DNA of 64,000 bases from Chiloscyllium plagiosum (taxonomy: Eukaryota): contig NC_057719.1 of assembly GCF_004010195.1 (NCBI RefSeq), forward strand, positions 76,050,882-76,114,881, written 5' to 3'. Below the pieces are notes generated by a model. The model saw only the letters and a list, made by a program, of their open reading frames with translations. It did not search any database and had not been told where the DNA came from. This document shows positions 50,868 to 64,000 of this stretch, one piece after another. The position numbers and the translations under genes are program-made. Position 1 is the first letter of the stretch; each line of letters begins with the position of its first letter.

Positions 50868-53220
50868 CATAGAACATAGAACATTCCAGCACAGTACAGG
50901 CCATTCAGCCCTTGATGTTGCGCTGACCTGTGAAACCAATCTGAAGCCCATCTAACCTACACTATTCCATTTTCGTCCATATGCCTATCCAATGACCATT
51001 TAAAGTTGACTAGTCTACTACTGTTGCAGGCAGTGCATTCCACACCCATACTACTCTCTAAGTAAAGAAACTACCTCTATTGTCCATCCTATATCTAACA
51101 CCCCTCAATTTAAAGCTATGTTCCCTCTTGCTCGCCATCGCCATCTGAGGAAAAATGCTGTTACTGTCCACCCTATCCAACCCTCTGATGATTTTATATG
51201 CCTCAATTAAATCACCTCTCAACCTTTTTCTCTCTAATGAAAACAGCCTCAAGTCCCTCCATGATATTTCCCATCAACCACCACCCTCTGTCTTCTTTCA
51301 GCTAGCCAACATCTGATCCAAACCACTAAGTCACCCTTAATCCCATGCGTCTGTATTTTGTGCAATAGCCTGTCATTGGGAACCTTATCAAATGCCTTAC
51401 TGAAATCCATATACACCACATCAACCACTTTACTCTCATCCACCTGCTTGGTCACGTTTGCAGAGAACTGAATAAGGTTTGTGAGGCATGACCTACTCTT
51501 CACAAAATCGTGCTGACTATCCCTAATCAACTTATTCCTTTCTAGATGATTATAAATCCTATCTCTTATAACCTTTTCTAATACTTTACCCACAACCGAA
51601 GTAATGCTCACTGGTCTATAATTACCAGGGTTGTCTCTACTCCCCTTCTTGAAGAAGAGAACACCACTTGCTATTCTCCAGTCTTCTGGCACTATTCCTG
51701 TGAACATTGATGACATAAAGTTCAAAGTCAAAGGCTCTGCAATTTTCTCCCTGGCTTCCCAGAGTATCCTAGGACAAATCCCATCCTGCCCAGGGTACTT
51801 ATCTATTTTTACACTTTCCAGAATTGCTAACACCTCCTCCTTATGCACCTCAATCCCATCTAGTCTAGTAGCCTGTATCTCAGTATTTTCCTTGACCACA
51901 TTGTCTTCTTCTAGTGTGAATACTGATGAAAAGTATTAATTTAGCGCTTCCCCTATCTCCTCTGACTCCATGCACAACTTCCCACTACTATGCTTGATAG
52001 GCCCTAATCTTACTCTAATCATTCTTTTATTCCTGATATAACTGTAGAAACCCTGAGGATTTTCCTTGATCCTTCCCGCCAATGACTTCTCATGTCCCCT
52101 CCTGGCTCTTCTTAGCTCTCTCTTTAGGTCTTTTCTGGCTAACTTGTAACTCTCAAGCGCCAAAACTGAGCCATCACATCTCATTCTAATATAAGCCTCC
52201 TTACTCCTCTTGAAAAGAGATTCAACTTCTTTAGTAAACCACGACTCCCTCACTCGACCACTTCCTCCCTACCTGACCAGTACATACTCCTCAAGGACAC
52301 GGAGTAGCTGGTCCTTGAATAAGCTCCACATTCCAAATGTGTCCATTCCCTGCAGTTTCCTTCCCTATCCTGTGCATCCTAAATCTTGCCTAAACACATC
52401 ATAGTTGCCTTACCCCCGCTATAACTCTTGCCCTGCAGTATATATCTATTCCTTTCCATCACTAAAGTAAACATAACCGAATTGTGCTCACTATCACCAA
52501 TCAGCTCACCTGCATTCAAATCTAACACTTGGCCAGGTTCATTAACCAGTACCAAATCCAATATGGCCTCGCCCCTCGTTGGGCTGTCTACGTACTGTGT
52601 CAGGAAACCCTCCTGCACACATTGGACAAAAACAAACCCATCTAAAGTACTTGAGCTATAGTATTCCCAGTCAATATTTGGAAAGTTAAAGTCCTCATAA
52701 CATCTACCATGTTAGTCTCACTCCTATTGAGGATCATCTTTGCTATCCTATCCTCTACATCTCTGGAACTATTTTGAGGCCTATAGAAAACTCCCAACAG
52801 GGTAACCTCTCCTTTCCTGTTTCTAATCTCAACCCATACTACCTCAGTAGATGAGTCCTCAAACGAGTCCTGCAACCGTAGTACTGTCCTTGACTAACAT
52901 TGCCACACCATCTCTCATTTACCGTTTTCTCTGTTCTTACTAAAACATCTAAATCCCGGAACCTGCAATAGCCATTCCTGTCCCTGCTCTACCCATGTCT
53001 CTGAAATGACCACAACATCGAAATCCCAGGTACCAACCCATGCTGCAAATTCACCCACCTTTTTACGGATGCTCCTGGCATTGAAGTAGACACACTTCAA
53101 ACCAACTTACCGGTGCCTTCGTGTGATCTTGAAATCTTAGTTCTGACTTCACTACTCTCAATCTCCCATATACTCATATTAAAATTTCGGTTCCCATCCC
53201 CCTGCTGAATTAGTTTAAGT
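50868..53220 (-). mobile_element. CR1 LINE ORF2 from the APE start to the 3' tail, with an internal RT deletion near 51258
   Basis: CVYFNARSI, ISETW, GVFYRP, YMDFSKAFDKV. The sequence jumps from RVVVDGKY directly to LRLFSLERK. (catagaa)n tail. Confidence 0.9.
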
Positions 53221-53281
53221 GTGCCGTTATGTAATGTTCTCATTCAATGATTATAACTTGCTTGACCCAATGATATAACGT

Positions 53282-53652
53282 CAATAGACAATAGACAATA
53301 AGTGCAGGAGTAGGCCATTCTGCCCTTTGAGCCTGTACCACCATTCAATATGATCACGGCTGATCATCCTTAATCAGTATCCTATTCCTGCCTTATCTCC
53401 ATAACCCTTGATTCCACTATCCTTGAGAGCTCTATCCAACTCTTTCTTAAGTGAATCCAGAGACTGGGCTTCCACTGCCCTCTGGGGCCTAGCATTCCAC
53501 ACAGCCACCACTCTCTGGGTGAAGAAGTTTCTCCGCATCTCTGTCCTAAATGGTCTACCCCGTATTTTTAAGCTGTGTCCTCTGGTTCGGCACTCACCCA
53601 TCAGCGGAAACATGTTTCCTGCCTCCAGAGTGTCCAATCCTTTAAAAATCCT
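53282..53652 (-). mobile_element. CR1 3' fragment
   Basis: TRGHSLKIRG...RNFFTQRVVAVWN and a (caataga)n tail. Confidence 0.88.
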
Positions 53653-54286
53653 TTCAGCTGTGAAAACATGTGCAGATGACTTAGAGCTATCTCATTTTGC
53701 AGCATTAATGGACCTCCTGCAATAAACAGTGTAAACACTGTTCGAGATGGAATCAGAAAGAGACCACAGAGGATCATAAAGAATGAACAGATTACAGACC
53801 ATCCCTTAAAAGATGATAAGTAAAGAGAAGTCAATGGTCTGGACTTTCGATTCTATTTGGGGATGCGGTGAGCCAGGATATTTTATGGATTTGCAAACGT
53901 GACCTGGGTGAAAGTGCTCCACAAGTTGGTATTTTTGTTGCAGGGTGGCCACATTCTCTCAGAGTTGGGCCTGACAATCCTGGAAGGAGTGCAGCAACTG
54001 TCAGCTATAGAGGATGGCCGCGTGCAATGCCAACCCCCGAAGCTTGGCACTCCATTGAAGACCTTTTTAAAAATGTATTCATAGACCATCCCTTCAGCCC
54101 TCACCCCTCATATGTCCTCAACACCCGCGCCACTCCTCACACAATGTTCCTATGCCCTATCCATGCCAATACGACACCATATCATTTCTCCCATCCAATT
54201 TCAGGTCTGTTTTGGCCCCTATGCCAATCTATTCTCCATTAATCACCTCTCAATCCCATTTATGACTCCAGAACCAATCACTGTAG

Positions 54287-54582
54287 GTGGCACGGTGGTT
54301 AGCACTGCTGTCTCACAGCGCCAGGGACCTGGGTTCTATTGCAGCCTCAGGTGACTGTGTGGAGTTTACACATTGTCTCCATGTCTGCGAGGGTTCCCTC
54401 CCACAATCCAAGGCTAAATTGCCCATAGTGTTCAAGGGTGTGTAGGTTAGGTACATTAGTCAGGGATAAATGTAGAATAGTAGGGGAATGGGTCTGGGTG
54501 GGTTACTCTTCAGAGGGTAAGTCTGGATGTGTTGAGCCAAAGGGTTTATTTCTATACTGTCGGGATTCTATTCTATTCTATG
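54287..54582 (+). mobile_element. HE1-like V-SINE with internal deletions
   Basis: Head, partial V-domain and an (attct)n tail. Confidence 0.82.
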
Positions 54583-56377
54583 TCCTTTAACCCAACCTAT
54601 TAGCTATTTATAACCCCCAAGCCAATTTACTACCATCTCATGCCAACCCATGCCTCCCTTACACACAACACACCTTATTGTTGCAATTACAATGCTTTCC
54701 AGCACAGTATCCAATAAAGGTATGTCTTAGAATTTACGATCAGTTAAACAAAATTAAACTAAGCTCTTATGTGTCAATTGTAGACATTATTTTTTAAATA
54801 AAGAATTGCCATTCACAAAAAAAAATCAATTATATTTGTATTCTTCAACTATGTAATCTCTTAAAGCAACCAAAGTTTCATATGAATACTTAATCCCTTA
54901 CAAAAATCATTGGGATTGATTATCAGGTATCAAACAGTCTGTAAATACTTGAAGCTGTTAAACAACCTGTGAAATGGCAGGCATACAACTGGGATAATGG
55001 AAGACTGAAAGCAGTCATGCAACACCAATGCAACAATGGTAGCCCTCGGCTAATACCAGAAGTCAAAGAAAAATAGCAGACAATATTTTGTTATAATATA
55101 TCAAATAGTATTTTTTTCAAATATTTAAAGGGGAGATTTTAAATACCTTACAGCTTGACAGTTGCTTTTAACAATTTTGACAGTTCATAGTCGTCAGACA
55201 TGATCTGCCCCTTTCCACAATAATCATAGGTGATGGGTTCAGGGAAAACACATCCAGATGTTGGCTTCCGCCACCACGAAACTCAGGCTATGGTTTCTAA
55301 TCCCCTGCCTGCAATTCCAGTCCAATCTTTTACAAGATGGAGTCTTTACTCGACAAAATTGATTACACGCACCTACTGATTTGCATATATGTCCGAGCAA
55401 CGTTTGGTCTTTGTGCGTTTTCTTTCCCCCAGTGAGTAGATAAACATCAAAGCACCAACCACACACATATGGGACAGACTAACACAACAACGTGTAGGTT
55501 CATTTCTTTAAGGCTGTGAGAGGATGGCAGCAGTCCACACAATGACAGAACTTGTACACATCTCTGAATTGATAATTTTCACAGAACGAGCTGAGACTAG
55601 GTCAGAATCACATGATTTGTTACATCTTTTCCCCTCTGGCAATTGCCATGATTTAACTAGGAAGAGTGCCCTGATAATTGAGCTGTCAGAAATGTGTAAA
55701 TATTTGTTGGTAAATCACTAAGAAAGGTGTAGTGCTAATGTATAACACCATGCTCTGGAACAGGAATGTGTTAAATAATTGGAGGGGCCAGTGCAGAAGA
55801 CCCAGAATTACAGGTTCTGGAGTTGGAACTCCAGAGCTTGCACCATGTTATGGTCCTTTGGGTTCCCCAGTAGATGGAGTAGGCTGGGGATGAGGTAGGT
55901 ATGAAAAATGAGCTGGGTGGTATGGGTCAGATTAATGGGGAAGGGGCTATTCCAAGGGTGGTGAAGCAGAGTGTGTAGTGGTGTTGGTGGGCATGGTGAG
56001 GGCAGATATCTATCCAAACCTTGGCACTGGGGATTTCTGTATAAAGCAGAGTTCTGACAGGGAGGAAATAAGGGGAATCTGGGAGGAAGCACCTCCATTG
56101 TCTCTAGAGTTGTCCTCCTCTCACTTCAACATTAGGTAACTCAAGTTCTGGGAAACACAGTGACTCACTGTAAAACATTCAAAGTTTAAATCAATGAGCA
56201 TTGGCTTGATTGTGTTTTGGGTACAACTCTTCCTTTTGTCTCAACTTGGTTTGATTCTAACAGCTTAAAATATCAATCTACCTCCTAGGGTCCTATTGGC
56301 TTTACACAGATTGGGGCATGGTTGGGGATCAAGCTTCCGAATTTTAAATGTTTTAACACTTGACTCAAATCCAACCC

Positions 56378-56790
56378 GGAGAAAGTGAGGACTACAGATG
56401 CTGGAGATCAGAGCTTAAAAATGTGTTGCTAGAAAAGCACAGCAGGTCAGGCAGCATCAAAGGAGCAGGAGAATCGACGTTTCAGGAATGAGGAGGGTGT
56501 GCCAAGCAGGCTAAGATAAAAGGTAGGGAGGAGGGACTTGGGGGAGGGGAGTTGGGAATACGATAGGTGGAAGGAGGTTTATTGTGAGGGTGAGAGGCCG
56601 GAGAGGGGGTGGGGCCGGAGAGGTTGGGAAGAAGATTGCAGGTCAAGAAGGCGGTGCTGAGTCTGAGGGTTGGGACTGAGATAAGGTGGGGGGAGGGGAA
56701 ATGAGAAAGCTGGAGAAATCTATATTCACCCCTTGTGGTTGGAGGGTTCCTAGGCGGAAGATGAGGCGCTCTTCCTCCAGGCGTCATGTT
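56378..56790 (-). mobile_element. PLE 3' fragment with the hammerhead core deleted
   Basis: The minus strand encodes RLEEERLIFRLGTLQPQGVNIDFSSF. The terminal repeat is as in other copies but reads attcctgaaacgtcgat. Confidence 0.8.
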
Positions 56791-57444
56791 GCTGACCCTC
56801 CCAGTTTTTCGTGCTGCACTTCAACACCCAATATTCACCCACTTCAGAATGTAAGCTGTGCTAAGCATTCAGACATTGTGACAAGGTGACATAAAGTCAA
56901 CAATGCAAACAGAATATGTGGACGCGATTACGTAATATCTGGTATCCCTATGACCTCAGCGGCCATGTGCTAGTACTCTGCTAGGAGGTTGGAATCAAAC
57001 AACAGAAAACATGTTGCCCTATGGCCTTATCATCATGCATGTTCTATTAATAAACACATTTTAAAAGTAACCTAGCTGTCTAAGCTTGTATGAAGATCTA
57101 AAGAACACACATTACAAATTTGTACATTACAATTTTATTTTCCTTTTATATTTACATGAGACAGTTGATAGTTAAGGTCAGAAAGAACAACAGACATCAT
57201 TGTATGCAGGACATGCACAGTATGCCTGGAGGAGAAGATAAAAAGTAAGTAGAGAGCTTGCATTGGTATGGTGCCATACTGTGGAGTGAAGTCATTGTTG
57301 TTATTTAGTAGCCAATGTGCATTCAGCAATTTCCCACAATGTGACAAATGAGCTGTTTTGTCGCCGTTGATTGAAGGATTATATATTGCCCTGGGGCACA
57401 GCAAGAACTTCCTTTTTGACAAATAATGCCATGTTATTTTTAAT

Positions 57445-57668
57445 CTGAAAATGTGTTGCTGGAAAAGCGCAGCAGATCAGGCAGCGTCCAGGGAACAGGA
57501 GAATCGACGTTTCGGGCATAAGCCCTTCTTCAGGAATCATTCCTGAAGAAGGGCTTATGCCCGAAATGTCGATTCTCCTGTTCCCTGGATGCTGCCTGAC
57601 CTGGTGCGCTTTTCCAGCATCACATTCTCAGCTCTGATCTCCAGCATCTGCAGACCTCACTTTCTCCT
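57445..57668. mobile_element. Palindromic PLE-end insert with two back-to-back hammerhead motifs
   Basis: ~88-bp inverted arms centred on 57538. 15-bp duplication catgttatttttaat at 57430-57444 and 57669-57683. Confidence 0.92.
57506..57533 (-). ncRNA. Minimal hammerhead ribozyme motif (mirror copy on + at 57543-57570)
   Basis: CUGAAGA-A-GGGC-UUAU-GCCC-GAAA-C-GUC. Confidence 0.7.
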
Positions 57669-58469
57669 CATGTTATTTTTAATGTCCACCTCAGAGGCGA
57701 AATGTGACATTGATTTTAATACCTCAGCTGAACAATGGTATCCCTGCCAACATGGCACTCTCACAGTACTGCACTAGAGTGTGAGCCTGGGTTATGTGCC
57801 AGAGGTAGGGACAGTGCCATGGCATCTCAACAGCCAGGAGAAGAGTTATATCAAAGGAAAATTCAGCAATAATAATCCACATCGTTGACTGGCATACAAT
57901 AACCATAATGCACTTTTTGTGGGATGAACAAAAGGGCACACGGCTGACACATTTGTCCCTTCAATTCCCAATGTACAGCTGACATTTCTTCTTTAGTCTA
58001 GTCCTAATTTCTGCCGATGTGCAGTCTAACCTTGAGAAAGCCCTTTTGTGTTTAACTCATCAACATGCTGCTATGTTCCGTGTAACTGTGAGATACAATG
58101 ACTGTCAGTATTAATGATCACTCAGTCAGACCCATTATCTCAACGACACAGCTTTTCATTCTGCTCCACGTAATCCATAAATCAAACAGATAGGATATCC
58201 CCACTTACCTAAGAGATAAACTTCAGTGTTTTTCAGGAAAAACTCTACACTGACTAAACTCAGCATACTGGTTCCAGAATACATTCTTTGGATGGCTTTT
58301 AAAGCTCTATTGAATGAATTCCCCACTCCGATAGGCCTGAATTTTTTTCTTATTTTCAAGCATTTATTAAATTCCTTTCAAAAGGTTACTATATAACCTA
58401 TCTTCATTTCATTTCAGGCAGAACATTTCAGCTCATAACAAGTCTGTGTAAAATAAATTTCTTTTCCAG

Positions 58470-59340
58470 TTCAAAGTTTGTGAGAAGATTTGTAGCTCGG
58501 GTGCTCATTGTTGTGGTTCTGTTCGCCGAGCTGGGAATTTGTGTTGCAGACGTTTCATCCCCTGTCTAGGTGACATCCTCAGTGCTTGGGAGCCTCCTGT
58601 GAAGCGCATCTGTGATGTTCCCTCTGGCATTTATAGTGGTTTGAATCTGCCGCTTTCGGTTGTCAGTTCCAGCTGTCCATTGCAGTGGTCGGTATATTGG
58701 GTCCAGGTCGCTGTGCTTATTGATTGAATCTGTGGATGAGTGCCATGCCTCTAGGAATTTCCTGGCTGTTCTCTGTTTGGCTTGTCCTATAATAGTAGTG
58801 TTGTCCTACTTGAATTCATGTTGCTTGTCATCTGCGTGTGTGGCTACTAAGGATAGCTGGTCGTGTCATTTCGTGGTTAGTTGGTATTCATGGATGCAGA
58901 TCGTTAGCTGTCTTCCTGTTTGTCCTATATAGTGTTTTGTGCAGTCCTTGCATGGGATTTTGTACACTACATTGGTTTTGCTCATGCTGGGTATCAGGTC
59001 CTTCGTTCTGGTGAGTTGTCTGAGGGTGGCTGTTGGTTTGTGTGCTGTTATGAGTCCTAGTGGTCACAGTAGTCTGGATGTCAGTTCGGAAATGCTCTTG
59101 ATGTATGGTAGTGTGGCTAGTCCTTTGGGTTGCGGCATGTCCTCGTTCCGTTGTCTTTCCCTTAGGCATCTGTTGGTGAAATTGCGCGGGTATCCGTTTT
59201 TGGCAAATACATTGTATAGGTGTTCTTCTTCCTCTTTTTGCAGTTCTGGTGTACTGCAGTGTGTTGTGGCTCTTTTGAACAGTGTCTTGATGCAACTTCT
59301 TTTGTGTGTGTTTGTTGGGTGGTTGCTTTCATAGTTCTTC
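58470..59340 (-). mobile_element. 5'-truncated Penelope-like retroelement, second family (RT thumb, linker, GIY-YIG endonuclease, terminal repeat)
   Basis: HKRSCIKTLFKRATTHCS, NGYPRNF, LPYIKSISE, then VVYKIPCKDCTKHYIGQTGR and REFLEAWHS-like motifs. Confidence 0.9.
58546..58585 (-). ncRNA. Minimal hammerhead ribozyme motif of the second PLE family
   Basis: GCA-CUGAGGA-UGUCACCUAGACAGGGGAU-GAAACGUC-UGC, with a 3-bp stem I (GCA/UGC). Confidence 0.7.
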
Positions 59341-59554
59341 ATTGAACATTGCTCATCTACTCCAGCCCTCACAACTTTAACCTGCTGCTGATACTTTCAA
59401 TTTGCATTTGTTCTGTCAAATCTTGATTATTTCAATAATCTCCAAGACTGACCATTCTCCATTCATGAGAACTCATCCAACATTCTGCTGTCAATATTTT
59501 CACACACACACATCCAAGTCCCTTTCACCTATCCCCCTGTTCATTGGCCTATAA

Positions 59555-60168
59555 TAGATTCCCTACAGTGTGGAAACAGGCCCTTCGGCCCAACCAGTCT
59601 ATACCGACCCTCCGAAGAGTAACCCACCCACACCCATTTCCCTACTCCCTACTAATGCATCTAACACTATGGGAAATTTAGCATGGCCAATTCACCTGAC
59701 TTGCACATCTTTGGATTGTGGGAGGAAACCGGAGCACCCGGAGGAAGCCCACGCAGACCCAAGGAGAATGTGCAAACTCCACACAGACAGTAACCCAAGG
59801 CTAGGATCGAACCTGGGACCCTGGTGCTGTGAGGCAGCAGTGCTAACCACTGAGCCACCATGCCATTAAGATTAGATTAGATTACCTACAGTGTGGAAAC
59901 AGGCCCTTCGGCCCAACAAATCCTCACTGACCCTCCGAAGAGCAACCCATTCTGCTACATTTACCCATTCACCCCACACTACAGGCAATTTAGCATGGCC
60001 AATTCACCTAACCTGCACATCTTTGGACTGTGGGAGGAAACTGGAGCACCCGGAGGAAACCCACGCAGACAGGGGGAGAATGTGCAAACCCCACACAGAC
60101 AGTTGCCTGAGGCGGGAATTGAACCCGGGTCTCTGGCACTGTGAGGCAGCAGTGCTAACCACTGTGCC
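59555..60168 (-). mobile_element. Two tandem HE1-like V-SINEs (59555-59866 and 59870-60168)
   Basis: Two complete head/V-domain/tail units in the same orientation. Confidence 0.92.
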
Positions 60169-60202
60169 ACACAAACTGTTGGCGTAAGAGCAACAACCGC
60201 TC

Positions 60203-60276
60203 CGTCTCTGGGTGGTCTCGAACCACTAACCTTTCGGTTAACAGTCGAGCGCACTGACCTATTGCGCTACAGACAC
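60203..60276 (-). pseudogene. tRNA-Asn(GTT)-derived sequence, probably a pseudogene
   Basis: 74 nt GTGTCTGTAGCGCAATAGGTCAGTGCGCTCGACT-GTT-AACCGAAAGGTTAGTGGTTCGAGACCACCCAGAGACG. About 10 differences from the recalled vertebrate tRNA-Asn, with mismatches in the acceptor, anticodon and T stems and no adjacent T-run terminator. Confidence 0.85.
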
Positions 60277-62000
60277 CGTCTGGCAATAAGTTGACTATTA
60301 AAATTCTCATCCTGGTTTTCTGATCTTTCCAAGGCTCTGTCCCTCATCAACCCTGTAACCTTCTCCAGCCCTGAAGTCCTCAAAAGAGCACTCCTCCAAT
60401 TTGGCTATTCCACCAATGGTGGACATTCCCTCAGACTATGTTCCCCTTACACCATGTTGCTTCTCTCTCAGCCTTTAAGATGCTCCTTAAAACCTACCTC
60501 TTTGAAACGATTTTTGCCATCTATCCAAATATTGACCCTCTGTGCCTCAGTGTTGAAGTATGCATGACAATACTCCTGTGAATTCGTACTACATTAAAGA
60601 CATTATATCAATGCATTTTCTTATTGTTACAAGCATAGTATATATGAACTATTTCATTTATATCTCATTGTATTACCTGAGGCCTTTCATTGAGAAAAAT
60701 GTTTTTAAAAAGTAGTAATCATGGAACTTAAGTGACTTGCAGTGGTCATGTGACCACAGAATGAGGCAAACTGTTCAAGAGATCCATGTGGCAGAAATGA
60801 AACCTGCTTTTACTGAGGCTACGATTTATCTAAAATCATCAAAAGCAGGCAACTGAGTTAACAGCAAGAAATTCATATCTCCTGTTTAATTCACATGTAT
60901 GGTAATTTTACACATTCTACGGTGAAAGATTTCCCTGCCGGTTATTCAGTTTCAAAAGACTATGGATTTAGACTCAGGAATGTGTACTAAACTCCATTTC
61001 AAAATCTGCTTTGAGCAGCTGAGGAGAGAGAAGGAAAGAATGATCTGTAAACAGGAATTGGAAGATGCTCTTTCTCCTTCCCTATTTTTGTCATCATCTT
61101 TGGAAGGAGAACTCACTAAGAATGCAGATTAGGTAATCAAATGGCCATCTACAGCCAGCTCAAGGTATACAGTACACAGAATCTGTTATTGCTAGGAAAC
61201 AGTCAACTGTGTTCTTGGGTTAAAAATCTAACACCTTAAGGACATCTTAACTATGTAACCTTTATACTTCAGGTTTGTACCAGGCATGTTCAATTTTAAC
61301 CTTATTACCGATGCTGATAGATTCATAGAGCTGTACAGCATGGAAAAAGATCCTTCGGTCCAACTTGTCTGTTTTTTTTCTTGGGTATATATTACAATAA
61401 AGTTCTTCCTTCCTGCACTCATGAAAACCTTAGCAATTGGCTCCTTCATTTTTGAAAGAACTTTATTTTAATTTAAGTGCAACGACTCTGAAAAACAGTT
61501 CAAGTATTTTTTGCATGGGGTTGAAAAGTGACAACTGATTGCTCTTTCCCACCTGGTGATAATATTATCAGTTATCTAAAATCTCTGCCCTCTTGGTGCT
61601 TCAGCCAGTAAAACTGGTTGCTTCTTTTTTTAATCTTATCAATACCCGTTAATTATTAGACTCACTTAACCTTCTCTGCTGTAACATGAATCTTTCCAAC
61701 TTCTTTCATCATAACTAAAGGCAATCTTGTCTGACTTATTTTTATTCATGCAAAGGACAGAGGTGTCACTGGTCAGGACAACATTTATTGCCCAAAGGGC
61801 AGTTGAGAGTCATCCACAGTTTCCTTTCCTAAAGAATATTAGTGAATTGGAATGGTTTTCCTGATAATTGGCAATGGTTTTTATGGTCATCATTAGCCTA
61901 CGAGTGCCAAATTTTTATTGAATATCAAATTCCACCATCTACCATGGCAGGATTGGAGCCCAGATTCCCAGATCATTACCTGGGTCTCAGGATTATAGTC

Positions 62001-62425
62001 AAAACGTGTGATTCTGGAAAAGCACAGCCAGTCAGGCAGCGGCAGAGGAGCAGGAGAATCAACATTTTGAGCATAAGCTCTTCAACAGGAATATGGGTGG
62101 GGCGGGGAGCCCAAGGCGGCTGAGAGATAAATGGGAGGGGACTGGGACTTGGGGGGAGATAGCTAGGAATGTGATAGATAGATGGAGGTGGGGGTGGTGA
62201 AAGTGATAGGATTACAATTCCTAGCTACCTTCCCTCCATCCCCAGCCCCACTGACCTCCCATTTATCTCTCAGCCCCCTTGGGTCCTCCCCCCACATTTC
62301 TGATGAAGAGCTAATGCCTGAAACATCGACTCTCCTGCTCCTCAGATGCTGCCTGACCTGCTGTGCTTTTCCACCACCACACTTTTGATTCTGATCTCCA
62401 GAATCTGTAGTCCTCACTTTCTCCT
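62001..62425. mobile_element. Older inverted pair of PLE ends
   Basis: 62001-62210 is a diverged reverse complement of 62211-62385. Decayed hammerhead at 62300-62327. Confidence 0.8.
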
Positions 62426-62566
62426 CTCTGGATTGATAGCACAACAATAATAGTCGAACACCTCCCCAGGGCTTGTCTAACAACATTCCTCTGCACACTC
62501 TTTATCTTTTACATGGATCCTTCCAAAATTGCAATGTCCAAAATTGGACATATTACTTCAATCAAG

Positions 62567-62848
62567 GGGGGCATGGTGGCTTAGTGGTTAGCACTGCTGC
62601 CTCACAGCACCAAGTTCAATTACACCCTCGGGCGAGTGTGTGGGTTTGCTCAGGTCTACTCCCACAGTCTGAAGATATGCAAATTAGATAGATTGACCAT
62701 GCTAAATTGCCCATTGTGTCCAGGGACAAGGTGGGTTTGTCATGGGAAATGCAGAGTTACTGATCTGGGTCTGGTAGGATACCCTTTGGAGAGTCAGTGT
62801 GGACTCAATAAGTTGAATGACCTGCTTCCACACTGTAGGGATTCTAAC
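62567..62848 (+). mobile_element. HE1-like V-SINE (diverged)
   Basis: gggcatggtggcttagtggttagcactgctgcctcacagc head and cttccacactgtagggattcta tail. Confidence 0.8.
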
Positions 62849-64000
62849 CAGGACCAATAGGTGTTTCCTAAAGGTTCAGCATTACTTCCTCACTTTTTAA
62901 AAAAATTCTATTTATAAAGCTAAGGTATGCTTTTTTAAAAAAAAAGCCTTATCAACTTTTCCTGCCACCTTCAAAGATTTATGTAAAAAAACCCCTTGCA
63001 GTTTTGTTCCTGCATCCTCTTCAAAATTACACCATTTAGTTTGCATTGACTCTCATCAGTCTTTTCTCCTTGTGTTTGTGAAACTTATTTGCAGTGGCTT
63101 TCCACACACAAGAACTGAACACAGCCCAAATCACCCAGCAGGCACAGAAATCAAGTGCTGCAAAGTGCCAGGTCTGAGTGAATGTAGCAGATGTGTGAGC
63201 TGAAGTGAACGTTGTAAGGCTGAGATATAGCCCAGAACACCTATAGGTGCTTCAGAACAATGAAACAAATCCCACAGGTAAATAAAACACTCACAGTGGG
63301 AAACAGTGCGTGATGTATGTAGGATTCTGAGGTCTTTTGCATATCTTTAGTTATCATCTTAGGGGTCTTGCTGATTCAGCATTTTGGCTTAGGGCTATTA
63401 TATAATGTTTAAGTAAGAAAACAGAGATACATAAAATAACAACTTTATTAAGGGAATCATGATAATGATGTAACAGAAGAGCTGTTAGGCGAATGTTGAA
63501 AACATGATGCAGCAACCATCTGTGTACCATTGAAAAATAATATATTAATTTTCAAATAGCTAAGCCTTTAACTTGTCTCATGTTAACAAATTATTAATTA
63601 TGTGCTTTAATAGTTGACTCAAGGGAACTCATAGCTAACCAGATGATTTATGGAGATAACTATTTTAATCCATCAGGACTTGGCTACAAAGCCAGTAGAC
63701 CATGGAAAATAAGAAATTTTGGTTGTACCCATACACTGTGGAATATTAAAGTAACAGTGAAGTCACTGATGGGTATACAATAATTATCCAAGTAAAACAG
63801 AGTTTACAAGACTAACATTTCAACTTCAATCTAATCCTTTGAAGATTTAACAAGCTGTCTTGATTTGGAGATTGTTTACCTGGCTGAAGAGGTATGCATT
63901 GTTCTCTTGTAGATTTGTCTGACAACTTGGTTGTCTTACTGCTAGTTACTATCATTCAGCATCAAGGCACAATCATCATGGTCAGAGTGTTCTTGCTCAC

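Overview
Repeat-rich vertebrate genomic DNA with three N-gaps. The SINE/LINE content points to an elasmobranch (shark or ray); that is an inference. One host gene is evident: three minus-strand coding exons of DESI2/PPPDE1 (29316-29388, 26784-26877, 3593-3734). The first and last coding exons were not found. The 23-kb intron between the last two of these exons holds a three-level nest. (1) A near full-length CR1 LINE with an SGNH-esterase ORF1. (2) A complete but decayed class I, epsilon-like endogenous retrovirus splits that LINE (8918-19261), with paired LTRs about 96-97% identical by manual count, a tRNA-Ser-like PBS, gag-pro-pol-env and a PPT. (3) Two Penelope-like element (PLE) pieces with clear target duplications interrupt the provirus. 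The most notable signals are an extra ~200-codon domain between the retroviral protease and RT, which resembles a decayed 2H-phosphodiesterase, and a dispersed set of minimal hammerhead-ribozyme motifs in PLE ends, including a short mobile palindrome with two back-to-back hammerhead cores. The remainder is CR1 fragments, HE1/V-SINEs, Deu-domain-like SINE relics, a solo LTR, a tRNA-Asn pseudogene, a minisatellite and several local duplications. All coordinates and counts were read by eye.
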